Source: Nitrospirota bacterium (GTDB lineage Bacteria > Nitrospirota > Thermodesulfovibrionia > Thermodesulfovibrionales > Dissulfurispiraceae). Taken from it: DNA of 64,000 nt. Of this stretch, positions 46,643 through 56,347 are shown piece by piece (the first letter of the stretch is position 1; each line of letters begins with the position of its first letter). The translations under genes were made by a program, and so were the position numbers. The notes beneath the pieces are model-generated. The model was not told the DNA's origin, ran no database searches, and saw nothing but the letters and a program-made list of their open reading frames with translations. The stretch spans positions 320,001 to 384,000 of the forward strand of contig CAWBMP010000005.1 of assembly GCA_963790025.1 (NCBI GenBank). Direction: 5' to 3'.

Positions 46643-47569
46643 GTGTCCTTAATCTTCTTCGGCACTCCTCACTTTGCTGTCCCGTCGCTGCAGGCATTAA
46701 TAAGCGCACACGAAGATATCGCTCTGGTGGTAACACAGCCCGATAAAATAAAAGGTAGAGGACATGTTCTGGCGTCTCCGCCGGTAAAAGATATTGCAAT
46801 TGCTCACGGCATCAACGTCGTACAGCCGGCCAAAATAAGGAATAATGAGGAATTTTATAATATCCTTGAAGAGGTCAGCCCGGAGTTTATTATTGCTGTG
46901 GCATACGGGAAAATACTGCCCGAACCAATTCTTAGAATACCGCGGTCGGGGTGTATTAATGTCCACGGTTCGCTCCTGCCGAAATACCGGGGCGCGGCTC
47001 CTGTCCAATGGGCGCTCATCAATGGAGAAAAAATCACCGGTGTCACGACGATGCTTATGGACAGCGGCATGGATACAGGTGATATACTGGTGCATGCCGA
47101 AATGGAGATTCGGGATGACGATAATTCCGAAACGCTTTCACGGAAACTCGCCGATCTTGGGGGAAGAACGCTTGTCGAAACTGTTGAGAGAATAAGGTCG
47201 GGCACGGTGAAGGCGGTGCCGCAGACCGGCAATGCAACCTATGCGCCTCCTCTCAAGAAGGAGGATGGCAGAATCGACTGGAACAGGAGCGCGGAGGAGT
47301 TATTACATTTTGTAAAGGGCATGTTCCCGTGGCCTTCCGCATTCTGTTATCTTAACGGAGAGATGATAAAGATAATCAAAGTGAAACCGCTCAATGGAGA
47401 GGGCTTTCCGGGGAGGATCGAAAAGGCATCGGGGAGACAACTCGTGGCCGGTACCGGAAAGGGCCTCCTTTTGGTGGAAGAACTCCAACCGGCGGGGAAG
47501 AGGATAATGTTAGCCGAGGCATTCCTGTCCGGCAGAAGATTGAAAGAGGGACATGAAACGTTTTCTTAG
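46643..47569 (+). CDS. fmt: methionyl-tRNA formyltransferase
   Basis: FFGTPHFA, NVHGSLLPKYRGAAP, MDTGD. Confidence 0.96.
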   Translation: MSLIFFGTPHFAVPSLQALISAHEDIALVVTQPDKIKGRGHVLASPPVKDIAIAHGINVVQPAKIRNNEEFYNILEEVSPEFIIAVAYGKILPEPILRIPRSGCINVHGSLLPKYRGAAPVQWALINGEKITGVTTMLMDSGMDTGDILVHAEMEIRDDDNSETLSRKLADLGGRTLVETVERIRSGTVKAVPQTGNATYAPPLKKEDGRIDWNRSAEELLHFVKGMFPWPSAFCYLNGEMIKIIKVKPLNGEGFPGRIEKASGRQLVAGTGKGLLLVEELQPAGKRIMLAEAFLSGRRLKEGHETFS

Positions 47570-48089
47570 GGGTTTTGTTTTAAAGGTGCTCTATCCGTTG
47601 CTCATGCTCGCCGGGGCTTTTCTGAAGGACAGAAAAGAACGGTTGCAGCGTTACATTATCGATCTTAATAATTGGCTCATCAGGTCGGAGCCCGAGAGGT
47701 ACAGGACGAAGAGGATTCTCCTGCTCTTGCCTCATTGCCTGCAGACCAATGATTGTGATGTCAGAATAACCAATGATATTTATAATTGCAAGCGGTGCGG
47801 CAAGTGTGGAATCAAGGACCTCATAGAGGTAGCTGATGATAACGACCTCAAGCTCTTCGTTGCTACAGGAGGCAATCTGGCCCGGCGCATTGTAAGTGAT
47901 GTGAGGCCGGAGGCTATTGTTGCCGTTGCCTGTGAAAGGGATTTAAGCAGCGGCATTGCCGACAGCTATCCCCTGCCGGTTATGGGCGTCCCGAATGAGC
48001 GGCCTTGCGGCCCCTGCCGCAATACGCGTGTGGATATGGAAAAGGTAAGGGAAGCTATTAAATTTTTCGGGGTAGATGGTAAGCAGTAG
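47553..48089 (+). CDS. DUF116 family protein
   Basis: LLPHCLQ, CKRCGKC, ATGG, AVACERDL; located between fmt and rsmB. Confidence 0.82.
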   Translation: MKRFLRGFVLKVLYPLLMLAGAFLKDRKERLQRYIIDLNNWLIRSEPERYRTKRILLLLPHCLQTNDCDVRITNDIYNCKRCGKCGIKDLIEVADDNDLKLFVATGGNLARRIVSDVRPEAIVAVACERDLSSGIADSYPLPVMGVPNERPCGPCRNTRVDMEKVREAIKFFGVDGKQ

Positions 48090-48095
48090 GAAAGT

Positions 48096-49481
48096 ATGTC
48101 GCCGACCAGAGAACGTGCTGTTGTTGCCCTGAATAAAATTTTCAAAAGAGGTAAAAAGCCCAGGGAAGTGATAGAGGCATTGTCATGGCAGGAAGACAAC
48201 AGGGAGCGGGCCTTCCTCATGGAACTGGTATACGGTGTTTTGAGGTACAGGGACTTCCTTGACTGGATGCTGAAGGACTTCCTGGTGAAGCCGTCAGGAT
48301 TGTCTTTTGATACTATCAATAATCTGAGAATTGCAGTGTATCAGATTGCATATATGCGTGTTCCGGAATGGGCTGTGGTGAATGAGGCGGTTGATATAGA
48401 GAAGTCGCAAAGGGGAAGGGCATCGCTAGTGAACGCGGTCTTGAGGAACTTTCTCAGACACCGAGAGGATGCTTCGAGCCGAGCACTCAGCACGCTACCG
48501 ACTGGCGATTTGAGCGCGTGGGGGGGTTCCCTTACCTCTATTGCAATTGCAACATCACATCCGGCATGGATGGTAAAACGGTGGACCAAGCGGTTGGGAC
48601 ATGATGGGGCCCTCAGACTGGCCCAAAAAAACAACGAGGTACCGCGGCTTGTTATAAGAATAGATGATCCGGATGCACGGGAAAACGCGGTATCAGTCCT
48701 CGCAGCAAAGGGCGTGCGCGCTCATAAAACTATTTACTCACCGTCCGGAATTGTACTGGACGATCTGCATTCTTTCGGAGACATTTCCGGTTTACTGGAT
48801 TTCCCCTGTATCGTCCAGGATGAGGCAGCTCAGCTGATAACTTTTCTGCTGGCCCCCTGTCAGGGAGAAACAATACTGGATGCCTGCGCTGCTCCGGGGG
48901 GAAAAACAACACATATTGCAAAACTTATGGGTGACAGCGGGAAGGTCATAGCGGTCGAGAACGAACCGGAAAGAATAGGGAGGCTTCAGGAAAATATCTC
49001 GAGGCTGGGGTTATGCTCGGCGGTGGTTTTGCGGGGCGACGTTCGTGAGTTACCCCAAAATTTTATGCGAATTTTCGGGGACGCCGGGCCTGATTCCTGC
49101 CGGTTTGACCGTATTCTTCTGGACGCCCCTTGTTCGGCCCTGGGTGTAATAAGAAGAAACCCTGATGTAAAGTACCGGCATTGCCCGAAGGACCTGCAGC
49201 GGTTCGGAGAAAATCAACTGGTGCTCCTCCAGGCTGTTTCGAGATATCTGAAGGCTGGTGGAATTATGGTATATTCAGTGTGCTCAACAGAGCCTGAAGA
49301 AGGAGAGGAAGTAATCGGAATGTTTTTGCGCAGCAATCGTAATTTCAGTATTATAAAAGGTGAGCGGGATTTTCTGAAACCGTTTGAATATTGTGATTCG
49401 GGACGGTCATTTTACAGGACTTTTCCCCACGAGCATGATATGGATGGGTTTTTTGCGGCACGGTTGAAAAAGATTGAATGA
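48096..49481 (+). CDS. rsmB: 16S rRNA (C967-C5) methyltransferase
   Basis: NusB-like N-terminus; QDEAAQ, DACAAPGGKT, DAPCS, YSVCS. Confidence 0.94.
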   Translation: MSPTRERAVVALNKIFKRGKKPREVIEALSWQEDNRERAFLMELVYGVLRYRDFLDWMLKDFLVKPSGLSFDTINNLRIAVYQIAYMRVPEWAVVNEAVDIEKSQRGRASLVNAVLRNFLRHREDASSRALSTLPTGDLSAWGGSLTSIAIATSHPAWMVKRWTKRLGHDGALRLAQKNNEVPRLVIRIDDPDARENAVSVLAAKGVRAHKTIYSPSGIVLDDLHSFGDISGLLDFPCIVQDEAAQLITFLLAPCQGETILDACAAPGGKTTHIAKLMGDSGKVIAVENEPERIGRLQENISRLGLCSAVVLRGDVRELPQNFMRIFGDAGPDSCRFDRILLDAPCSALGVIRRNPDVKYRHCPKDLQRFGENQLVLLQAVSRYLKAGGIMVYSVCSTEPEEGEEVIGMFLRSNRNFSIIKGERDFLKPFEYCDSGRSFYRTFPHEHDMDGFFAARLKKIE

Positions 49482-50029
49482 GGAGTTTAATAAAAATACT
49501 GGCTTATATAATTGTCTTACTGTTCTTAGGTGTTGTTGCAGGCCATTTTACTTTTCAACTTCTCAGCTTCAGCAGGACTGTGGTTGTTCCCGATCTGAAG
49601 GGAAGGGAAATGATGGAAGCCAACAACATCATCAGGAACAAGGGGTTGTATATCCGCCTTGAAGGTGAAGATTACGACCCGGCCATACCTCAGGGTAACA
49701 TAATCCGTCAGGACATACCTTCCGGCAGTAAGGTAAAGGAGGGCAGGGAAATAGGTATCGTGCTGAGCAAGGGGCCCAGGATGCAGTACGTCCCGGATAT
49801 TGTGGGGCAGCCTCTCGACATGGCCGGAGCGATATTAAAGGAGAAGGGCATACGTATCGACAAGATATTATATGTGCATTCTGAGAAGACACAGCGGAAT
49901 ATTGTTTTGGCACAGAGACCGGAGACTAACGAAAGCGGTGCCGATGTTTTCAGTGTTATCGTCAGCCTCGGTGATTTCGAGGACGCCAATAGAACAAAAG
50001 AAAAAATGGCTATAGGCAACAGGCAATAG
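49478..50029 (+). CDS. PASTA-domain membrane protein
   Basis: N-terminal TM; VVPDLKG and YVPDIVG repeats. Confidence 0.85.
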   Translation: MRSLIKILAYIIVLLFLGVVAGHFTFQLLSFSRTVVVPDLKGREMMEANNIIRNKGLYIRLEGEDYDPAIPQGNIIRQDIPSGSKVKEGREIGIVLSKGPRMQYVPDIVGQPLDMAGAILKEKGIRIDKILYVHSEKTQRNIVLAQRPETNESGADVFSVIVSLGDFEDANRTKEKMAIGNRQ

Positions 50030-50139
50030 GCTATAGGCAACGGACAAAAAAAGAAAACCGCGATGCATGATATTATGATATTGGCCAAGTTGAATTTAGG
50101 AATCTTTTGCCTTTCGCATATAGCCTATTGCCTATAGCC
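50008..50139. repeat. inverted heptamer tandem repeats (GGCWATA)
   Basis: GGCTATA GGCAACA GGCAATA GGCTATA GGCAACG (50008-50042) ... TTTTGCC TTTCGCA TATAGCC TATTGCC TATAGCC (50105-50139). Confidence 0.8.
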
Positions 50140-50158
50140 TGAATTTTTGGGAGGAAAC

Positions 50159-50836
50159 GTGATTAAAATTGCCCCATCATTATTATCTGCGGATTTCTTG
50201 AGACTCGGTGAAGAAATAAAGGCTGTTGAGGCCTCCGGAGCCGATATACTGCATCTCGATGTAATGGATGGGCATTTTGTCCCCAATATAACCATAGGGC
50301 CGGCCATTGTGGAGGCAATACGGAAGGCAACTGCCCTGCCGCTCGATGTCCACCTGATGATCGACAATCCGGACAGGTTTTTGGATGATTTCATCAAGGC
50401 CGGCGCCGATTATCTCACAGTTCATGTCGAGGCATCTGTTCACCTGCACCGGATCGTTGAGTATGTCAAGGATAAAGGTGTAAAGGCCGCAGTATCTTTG
50501 AATCCGGCAACACCGCTTTTAACACTCGATCAAATCCTGCCGGACCTTGACATGGTGCTTCTGATGTCGGTCAATCCCGGCTTTGGAGGACAGAAATTCA
50601 TTCCCTTTCTTCTGGATAAGATACGCTTGCTTAAAACCGTTATCAGGGAAAGGGGCCTCAACACACTTATCGAGGTTGATGGAGGCATTAAGCCCGACAA
50701 TGCGACGGAAATAGGCTCTGCAGGGGCCGATATTCTCGTCATGGGGTCCGCATATTTCTACTCAGGGAATTATAATTCGCTGATTAAGGATCTCAGGACG
50801 CGATTGGCCGGAATCGGAGAGCTGCATGGAAAATAA
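50159..50836 (+). CDS. rpe: ribulose-phosphate 3-epimerase
   Basis: IAPSLLSADF, HLDVMDGHFVPN, MSVNPGFGGQ, VDGG; GTG start behind GGAGG. Confidence 0.97.
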   Translation: MIKIAPSLLSADFLRLGEEIKAVEASGADILHLDVMDGHFVPNITIGPAIVEAIRKATALPLDVHLMIDNPDRFLDDFIKAGADYLTVHVEASVHLHRIVEYVKDKGVKAAVSLNPATPLLTLDQILPDLDMVLLMSVNPGFGGQKFIPFLLDKIRLLKTVIRERGLNTLIEVDGGIKPDNATEIGSAGADILVMGSAYFYSGNYNSLIKDLRTRLAGIGELHGK

Positions 50837-51920
50837 GATTATTGCTCTTATAAGGAAGGCGGAAGTTTTAAGGGAGAAGGCGCAATACAGAGAAGCGTTG
50901 AAGATTTTTAAAAGTGCCCTCTCTATGAGCAAAAGACATGGCAACGTGGAAGGTGTTCTCGATGCTACCCTTGCCACTGCTGATATCAGCAGGATGACCG
51001 GCGATTTTGCCCGTGCCATAAGGGATTATGAAGAGGCGCTTGAGGCGTCGGAAGCCCTGGGGAACCGGCTCACTGCTGCGGACTGCATGGTCGGGATGGG
51101 ACTCTCCCTGAGAGCAATCGGAATGTGGAAAGAGGCCCTGCGGTTTATCACTGCAGCAAAAAAAATATACGTTAGGGAACAGGATAAGAAGGGTACGGCA
51201 TTTTCTCTGTGGGCTGAAGCAGGAGTGCTCCGGGTTGCCGGGAATATCAGCAAGTCTATTGCACTATTCAAGGATGCGGAAGCGGCATTCTCTTCAATCA
51301 GGTTTAATCCAGGTGTCGCATATGCCCTATGCGGGTTAGGCGGCACACACCGCATTGCCGGGAAATACGGCGATTCACTCCGCTATTACCGGCGGGCGAA
51401 TGAAATGTTTGGTAATATGAAGGACAAGTTCGGGACCGCATATTCCCACTGCGGCATCGGAAACGCATATAGAATGAAAGGCCAATACGGGGATGCGATG
51501 AAGCACTTCACGAAAGCGGCACAACTTTATGAAGATATCGGCGACATTGTCAGCTATTCCTATACGCTATGGAGTGTTGCCACTCTTTACAAAATGCAGC
51601 GGGACTTTGATAGAGCAAAACTCAACATAGCTGTTGCAGTGCGTAATTTCAAGAAAACCAAAGACCCGCGGGGGATAATTTATTGCAACCTGGCCCTTGG
51701 AGAAATAGACTTAATTGGCGGCAGAAACGCCGCTGCCGGAAAAAGGCTTCGGGGAGCATTGATCGATGCCGAAAAGAATGGCTTCAGCCTCGAGCAATGC
51801 CATGCAAAGACACTCCTTGCATTCCTGTCAGGGGCCTCCGGAAACCAAGTGCCTTTATCTTGCTACAAGAGGATTGGAGTTGCGATACAAGCCGCTGCAA
51901 TTCCTTTTAATATTCCATGA
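50826..51920 (+). CDS. tetratricopeptide repeat protein
   Basis: Tandem ~40-aa helical repeats (A.....LG..Y...G.Y..A...Y..A). Confidence 0.85.
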   Translation: MENKIIALIRKAEVLREKAQYREALKIFKSALSMSKRHGNVEGVLDATLATADISRMTGDFARAIRDYEEALEASEALGNRLTAADCMVGMGLSLRAIGMWKEALRFITAAKKIYVREQDKKGTAFSLWAEAGVLRVAGNISKSIALFKDAEAAFSSIRFNPGVAYALCGLGGTHRIAGKYGDSLRYYRRANEMFGNMKDKFGTAYSHCGIGNAYRMKGQYGDAMKHFTKAAQLYEDIGDIVSYSYTLWSVATLYKMQRDFDRAKLNIAVAVRNFKKTKDPRGIIYCNLALGEIDLIGGRNAAAGKRLRGALIDAEKNGFSLEQCHAKTLLAFLSGASGNQVPLSCYKRIGVAIQAAAIPFNIP

Positions 51921-52465
51921 GCCGCGCCAAAGTCCTTACCTTGCCGAACAGCATCACATTTGTCAGAATTGTGATCATACCCGTTTTTGTGACGGCCCTG
52001 ATTTATAAGCGATACTATTACGCGCTGTTTCTTTTTATAGGGGCTGGGGTCTCGGACCTCCTAGACGGCCTTCTCGCAAGAATGACGGACCAAAAAACGC
52101 TACTCGGCGCATTTCTCGATCCGCTGGCAGACAAATTCCTGCTAATGACATCGTTCATACTGTTTTCAGTTTACGGGTGGATACCGATGTGGGTGACCGT
52201 GACCGTGATAAGCCGTGACGTGATCGTCATGCTGGGCTGGCTCCTGCTGTATCTCCTATATGACATAACTAAGGTTGAGCCATCGCTGACCGGAAAGACT
52301 GCCATCGCTGCAGAGCTTGTGCTGATAGCCTATACGCTTCTTTCTCTTACTTTGCGCGGTTTCCAGCCTCCCCGGAACTGGATGTTCGCGGTCGTTGCCC
52401 TGCTGACTACGCTCTCGGGGCTTCAGTATATTTATAGGGGGTTGAGACAGGCTGGTGAAAGGTAA
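51917..52465 (+). CDS. CDP-alcohol phosphatidyltransferase (PgsA-like)
   Basis: PNSITFVRI, DLLDGLLAR....T.LGAFLDPLADK. Confidence 0.92.
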   Translation: MSRAKVLTLPNSITFVRIVIIPVFVTALIYKRYYYALFLFIGAGVSDLLDGLLARMTDQKTLLGAFLDPLADKFLLMTSFILFSVYGWIPMWVTVTVISRDVIVMLGWLLLYLLYDITKVEPSLTGKTAIAAELVLIAYTLLSLTLRGFQPPRNWMFAVVALLTTLSGLQYIYRGLRQAGER

Positions 52466-53783
52466 TCCGGGTGTCGAAATAGAATCAATCGCCAAAGGGA
52501 GTATTGCCGAAAGGGCCGGCCTGCTTCCGGATGACAAGCTTATCGGGGTCAACAACAATAGGATCAAAGATGCAATAGACCTCATGTTTTATAGTCATGA
52601 GTCTGACCTGAATTTCACTATTGGCAGGAAGGGGGCAAGGCTTGTCATTGCCGCCTCCAGGGGCCGGAATGAAACCGGTGGACTGGGGATTGTGTTAAAA
52701 GCGTTCCACGTCAGAACATGCAGAAACAATTGCATTTTCTGTTTTGTCTCGCAGCTTCCCAAAGGAATGAGGAAGTCTCTTTATATTAAGGACGACGATT
52801 ACCGGATGTCCTTTCTCTACGGCAATTATATCACTTTGACCAACCTTTCCCCACAGGAGAAAGAAAGAATCATAACTCAGCGCCTTAGCCCTCTGTATGT
52901 TTCGGTCCACGCAACCAATACGGCGATAAGAAACAAGCTGCTCGGTACCCAGGCAAATGTAAATATTCTCAAGGACATCAAAATTTTCGCCGACAGAAAA
53001 ATACACATGCACACACAGATTGTTTTGTGTCCGGGCTATAATGACGGCAAAGTACTCGAAAAAACAATTTCCGATCTGTACCGTTTTTATCCCTACGTCC
53101 AATCGATAGCTGTTGTCCCGGTTGGCCTGACGGCTTACCGGAAAAAGCCGTTGAAACCCGTTGAACTGGACGATGCGGTAAGGGCGCTCGCTATTGTCCG
53201 CAAGTTTCAGAACAGGTTCAGGAGGAAGCACGGAGAAAACATTGTATATGGTGCCGACGAGCTGTATATCAAGGCTGGGGCTGAGTTCCCTGCCGTGGAT
53301 GATTACGGTGAGCTTCCGCAAATCGAAAACGGTATCGGCATGGTCCCTTTATTTCTGCAGCAAGCGAAAAAAGTCAGGGTCCCACAGGCCCTGCAGCAGG
53401 CGGCCGGCAGGGCGCGCAGACGCTTTATCACTTTTTCAGGAATATCTTTCCATCCTTATATCTCGGTGTATGTCAGTAAGCTTGCGAAAGCCGGCATCGA
53501 CATAGAGGCAGTTCCCGTAGAGAATACTTTTTTCGGTTCAAGTATCACTGTAACGGGGCTCCTGACCGGTCGTGATGTAATCAAGACCCTCTCCGGACTT
53601 GTGGATAAAAGTAATACAATACTCGTCCCTGATGTCGTTTTGCGTGAGGAAAGAGACATGTTTCTCGACGATATATCCCTGCATGATATAGAAGAAGTCC
53701 TGGGTGTGGCTGCAGTAGTCATCCCATCAACGCCACAGGGCGTCATTGAAGCGATTGCAGCGGAATACCGCAAGTCACTGTAA
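52455..53783 (+). CDS. DUF512 family protein (PDZ + radical-SAM-like FeS domain)
   Basis: N-terminal PDZ; CRNNCIFC; KDDDYRMSFLYGNYITLTN; ENGIG. Confidence 0.88.
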   Translation: MKGNPGVEIESIAKGSIAERAGLLPDDKLIGVNNNRIKDAIDLMFYSHESDLNFTIGRKGARLVIAASRGRNETGGLGIVLKAFHVRTCRNNCIFCFVSQLPKGMRKSLYIKDDDYRMSFLYGNYITLTNLSPQEKERIITQRLSPLYVSVHATNTAIRNKLLGTQANVNILKDIKIFADRKIHMHTQIVLCPGYNDGKVLEKTISDLYRFYPYVQSIAVVPVGLTAYRKKPLKPVELDDAVRALAIVRKFQNRFRRKHGENIVYGADELYIKAGAEFPAVDDYGELPQIENGIGMVPLFLQQAKKVRVPQALQQAAGRARRRFITFSGISFHPYISVYVSKLAKAGIDIEAVPVENTFFGSSITVTGLLTGRDVIKTLSGLVDKSNTILVPDVVLREERDMFLDDISLHDIEEVLGVAAVVIPSTPQGVIEAIAAEYRKSL

Positions 53784-53813
53784 GATTGCATGACTTTTCA
53801 ACTTGGTGTTAAC

Positions 53814-54146
53814 TCACAGCGACATCTTGTCCACAGCGTTGTGGGCCTGAATGCCGTGAATAAGTGAAGCGCCGCCTCTTACCGCAGAGGCCACATGCAA
53901 GGCCTCGGTGATATGTTCGAGACTCATCCCTTCTTCAAGGCAACTTTTTGAATATGCGTCTATGCAGTACGGACACTGAATGACATGGGCCACAGCAAGC
54001 CCGATAAGCACCTTTTCCCTCTTGCTCAAGACGCCTGGTTGCAGTGCGGCGTTGTACCAATCCATGAACTTCCTGAAGAGTTCGGGATCATATTTCCCTA
54101 TCTCGCCGAATCTTTCAAGGTCTTCATCTTTGTAATATTCCGGCAT
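53814..54146 (-). CDS. AhpD/CMD-family peroxidase-like protein (resembles the arsenosugar-associated type)
   Basis: REKVLIGLAVAH, QCPYCIDAY, GGASLIHG; start ATG 54146 behind GGAGGGG. Confidence 0.82.
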   Translation of the reverse strand: MPEYYKDEDLERFGEIGKYDPELFRKFMDWYNAALQPGVLSKREKVLIGLAVAHVIQCPYCIDAYSKSCLEEGMSLEHITEALHVASAVRGGASLIHGIQAHNAVDKMSL

Positions 54147-54303
54147 GTAATCCCCTCCCATGCGCCTTATGAGTTTTCGGTCCTGCAAGCTCTGCCCTGA
54201 CTACTGTCAGCGGCAATCTCTTTTAAGATGAGTGTATCAAATATATAAGAAATAGCAAGATGGCACATATAGTAGGCTATAATTTATTATATAGTAGTAA
54301 GTG

Positions 54304-54337
54304 AGGCCGCCTCCGAAATTTCGGCAGGGCCTTTTTT
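54304..54337 (+). terminator. terminator-like hairpin in the leader of the FGE-domain gene
   Basis: AGGCC....CCGAA-AT-TTCGG...GGCCT followed by a T-run. Confidence 0.45.
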
Positions 54338-54343
54338 AAGGAA

Positions 54344-55570
54344 GTGAGCGGTATGATGAATGGCGCGAGCTTGACCAGGACCACCGGGAATCCCGCAATT
54401 TTTGTGGGACTTGTCTATTTATTGCTGTCTGTTTCGTTGATCCTTTTGGCAGCTATTCCCCTCTATGCAGCTTATGTCAGCAATGAGAACGTCCGGCAGG
54501 TTGGCAACAGGATACTCTTTGAGTTTGACATAGACGGAGGTACGAATGAAGAGGCACATGTGAGTCTCACCCTGACTATTAATGGCAAGCAATACACCGC
54601 AGGACAACTGCACCTTGAGGGAGACTTTGGCAAGACGAAAACAGGCAAGGGCAGGAAGATATACTGGAACGTGCTTCAGGACTTTCCGGGCGGGCTCTCG
54701 TCCAATATGCATTGGGATTTGACTGTAGACAACGGCACTGCTTTTAAAGACCCCATCACCGGGATGGAGTTTGTCTTTGTCAGAGGCGGGTGTTATCAGA
54801 TGGGCAGCCCAGCCGGAGAGACCGGCAGGTCTGACGATGAGGGACCTGTACACGAGGTCTGCGTGGACGATTATTATATGGGAAAAAATAATGTGACTGT
54901 CGGCCAATTCAGTAAATTTGTTAATGAAACGGGATACAGGACCGACGCCGAAAACGACGGTGGGTGTTATGTCTGGAAAGGAAACGGATTTAAGAAAGAT
55001 AATAAGGTGACCTGGCTCAATCCCGGATTTTTACAGGATGACAAACACCCCGTAACCTGTGTTTCATGGAACGATGCAAAAGAGTTTTCAGCCTGGCTGT
55101 CGAGGAAAACCGGAAAGCGGCTCCGCTTGCCGACAGAGGCTGAATGGGAATATGCGGCACGAGGCGGAACGAGAACGAGCCGCTATTGGGGTGACATTCC
55201 CGATGAAACAGGCAGCTTTGTGAACATCGCGGATTCGACTGCAAAGAAGCAATTCGGCAATTTGACAGTCCATAACGGTGATGACGGATATTCTTATGCC
55301 TTACCTGAGGGAAGCTCCCGGCCCAATGCCTTCGGCCTCTATGACATGCTCGGTAATCTTTGGCAGTGGACGCAGGACTGGTATGACATAAACGGCTATA
55401 GGAATAGTCCGCGTTATAATCCACAGGGACCGAGTTTGGGCGATAAACGTGTGTTGCGTGGCGGCAGTTGGGGCTACTACCCGCGGTACGCTCGTTCTGC
55501 CCTCCGCTTTTACGCCGAGCCTGGCTACCGTCGCCGACATATCGGTTTCCGACTCCTCATGACTCCCTGA
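54344..55570 (+). CDS. secreted/membrane FGE-sulfatase (CLec-fold) domain protein; candidate DGR target
   Basis: N-terminal hydrophobic segment and beta-rich domain; RLPTEAEWEYAARGG, GLYDMLGNLWQW, VLRGGSW...GFR. Start uncertain. Confidence 0.87.
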   Translation: MSGMMNGASLTRTTGNPAIFVGLVYLLLSVSLILLAAIPLYAAYVSNENVRQVGNRILFEFDIDGGTNEEAHVSLTLTINGKQYTAGQLHLEGDFGKTKTGKGRKIYWNVLQDFPGGLSSNMHWDLTVDNGTAFKDPITGMEFVFVRGGCYQMGSPAGETGRSDDEGPVHEVCVDDYYMGKNNVTVGQFSKFVNETGYRTDAENDGGCYVWKGNGFKKDNKVTWLNPGFLQDDKHPVTCVSWNDAKEFSAWLSRKTGKRLRLPTEAEWEYAARGGTRTSRYWGDIPDETGSFVNIADSTAKKQFGNLTVHNGDDGYSYALPEGSSRPNAFGLYDMLGNLWQWTQDWYDINGYRNSPRYNPQGPSLGDKRVLRGGSWGYYPRYARSALRFYAEPGYRRRHIGFRLLMTP

Positions 55571-55702
55571 ACATCATACGTCACCTGCCGGAAGATCAGC
55601 GATGGAGAGCGGACGGCTATCTCTGAGATCAAAATAATCTGTTACTTCTGAAGAGTTGATGAAATGAAAGGCTCCCAAGGTGTACTATACGCTAGGATTA
55701 GT

Positions 55703-56095
55703 ATGGATGATTATCTAAAGGATAGAATATTCGAGCGGATGAGAGAGGGAGCTCTTGATGAGGTCATTGATATGTTCAAACGTGACGAGAGACTTCATCC
55801 TCTGATTATCGATATGATACGGGATGAAAGCATGCGCATCAGGGCAGGAGGCGCTGCAATTGTCGAAGAGTTAATGAAGGAGCACAAAGAGGAGATGGTC
55901 AGGCTTATTCCGATGATTGCAGGACTCTTGAAAAGCGCAAGTCCCATGATTCGCGGGGATGGCGCATACCTGCTTGGATTGGTAAAGCATAGGGAGGCAC
56001 TCCCTTTTCTTAGGGAAGTCGCAGACGACAATCACCAGTACGCAAGAGAAATAATCAGGGAGACAATTGACGAGATTGAAGATTCTTCCCAATGA
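55703..56095 (+). CDS. HEAT-repeat protein
   Basis: LLKSASPMIRGDGAYLLG...ALPFL; start uncertain. Confidence 0.7.
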   Translation: MDDYLKDRIFERMREGALDEVIDMFKRDERLHPLIIDMIRDESMRIRAGGAAIVEELMKEHKEEMVRLIPMIAGLLKSASPMIRGDGAYLLGLVKHREALPFLREVADDNHQYAREIIRETIDEIEDSSQ

Positions 56096-56347
56096 CGCCA
56101 TCCTTTGTGCAGCTTGCTTCTATATGTATACTCCTTAAAATGATTTTGAGATAGCTTTTAATATTCAGTAGACCTATAAGGTTTGTGTTTCGGAACTTGT
56201 GGTCCTTTAGGCATGATTCAGAGTAGCACATCCAGCGAACCTTATCAATAGCTCTGAGATTCAAAGTGAGACACTACCGTATAATACGTTGCCTTGAGTT
56301 TTTGGGCGGCTATCGGTTAAGGTCAAATAATGAGTGCAGGAGGAATA

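Noticed and set aside
50008..50139. CRISPR array
   Set aside because: Units are 7 bp, tandem and without spacers; no cas genes.
56096..56329. Possible ncRNA or small gene in the AT-rich spacer before aroE
   Set aside because: No convincing structure, RBS-supported ORF or known motif.
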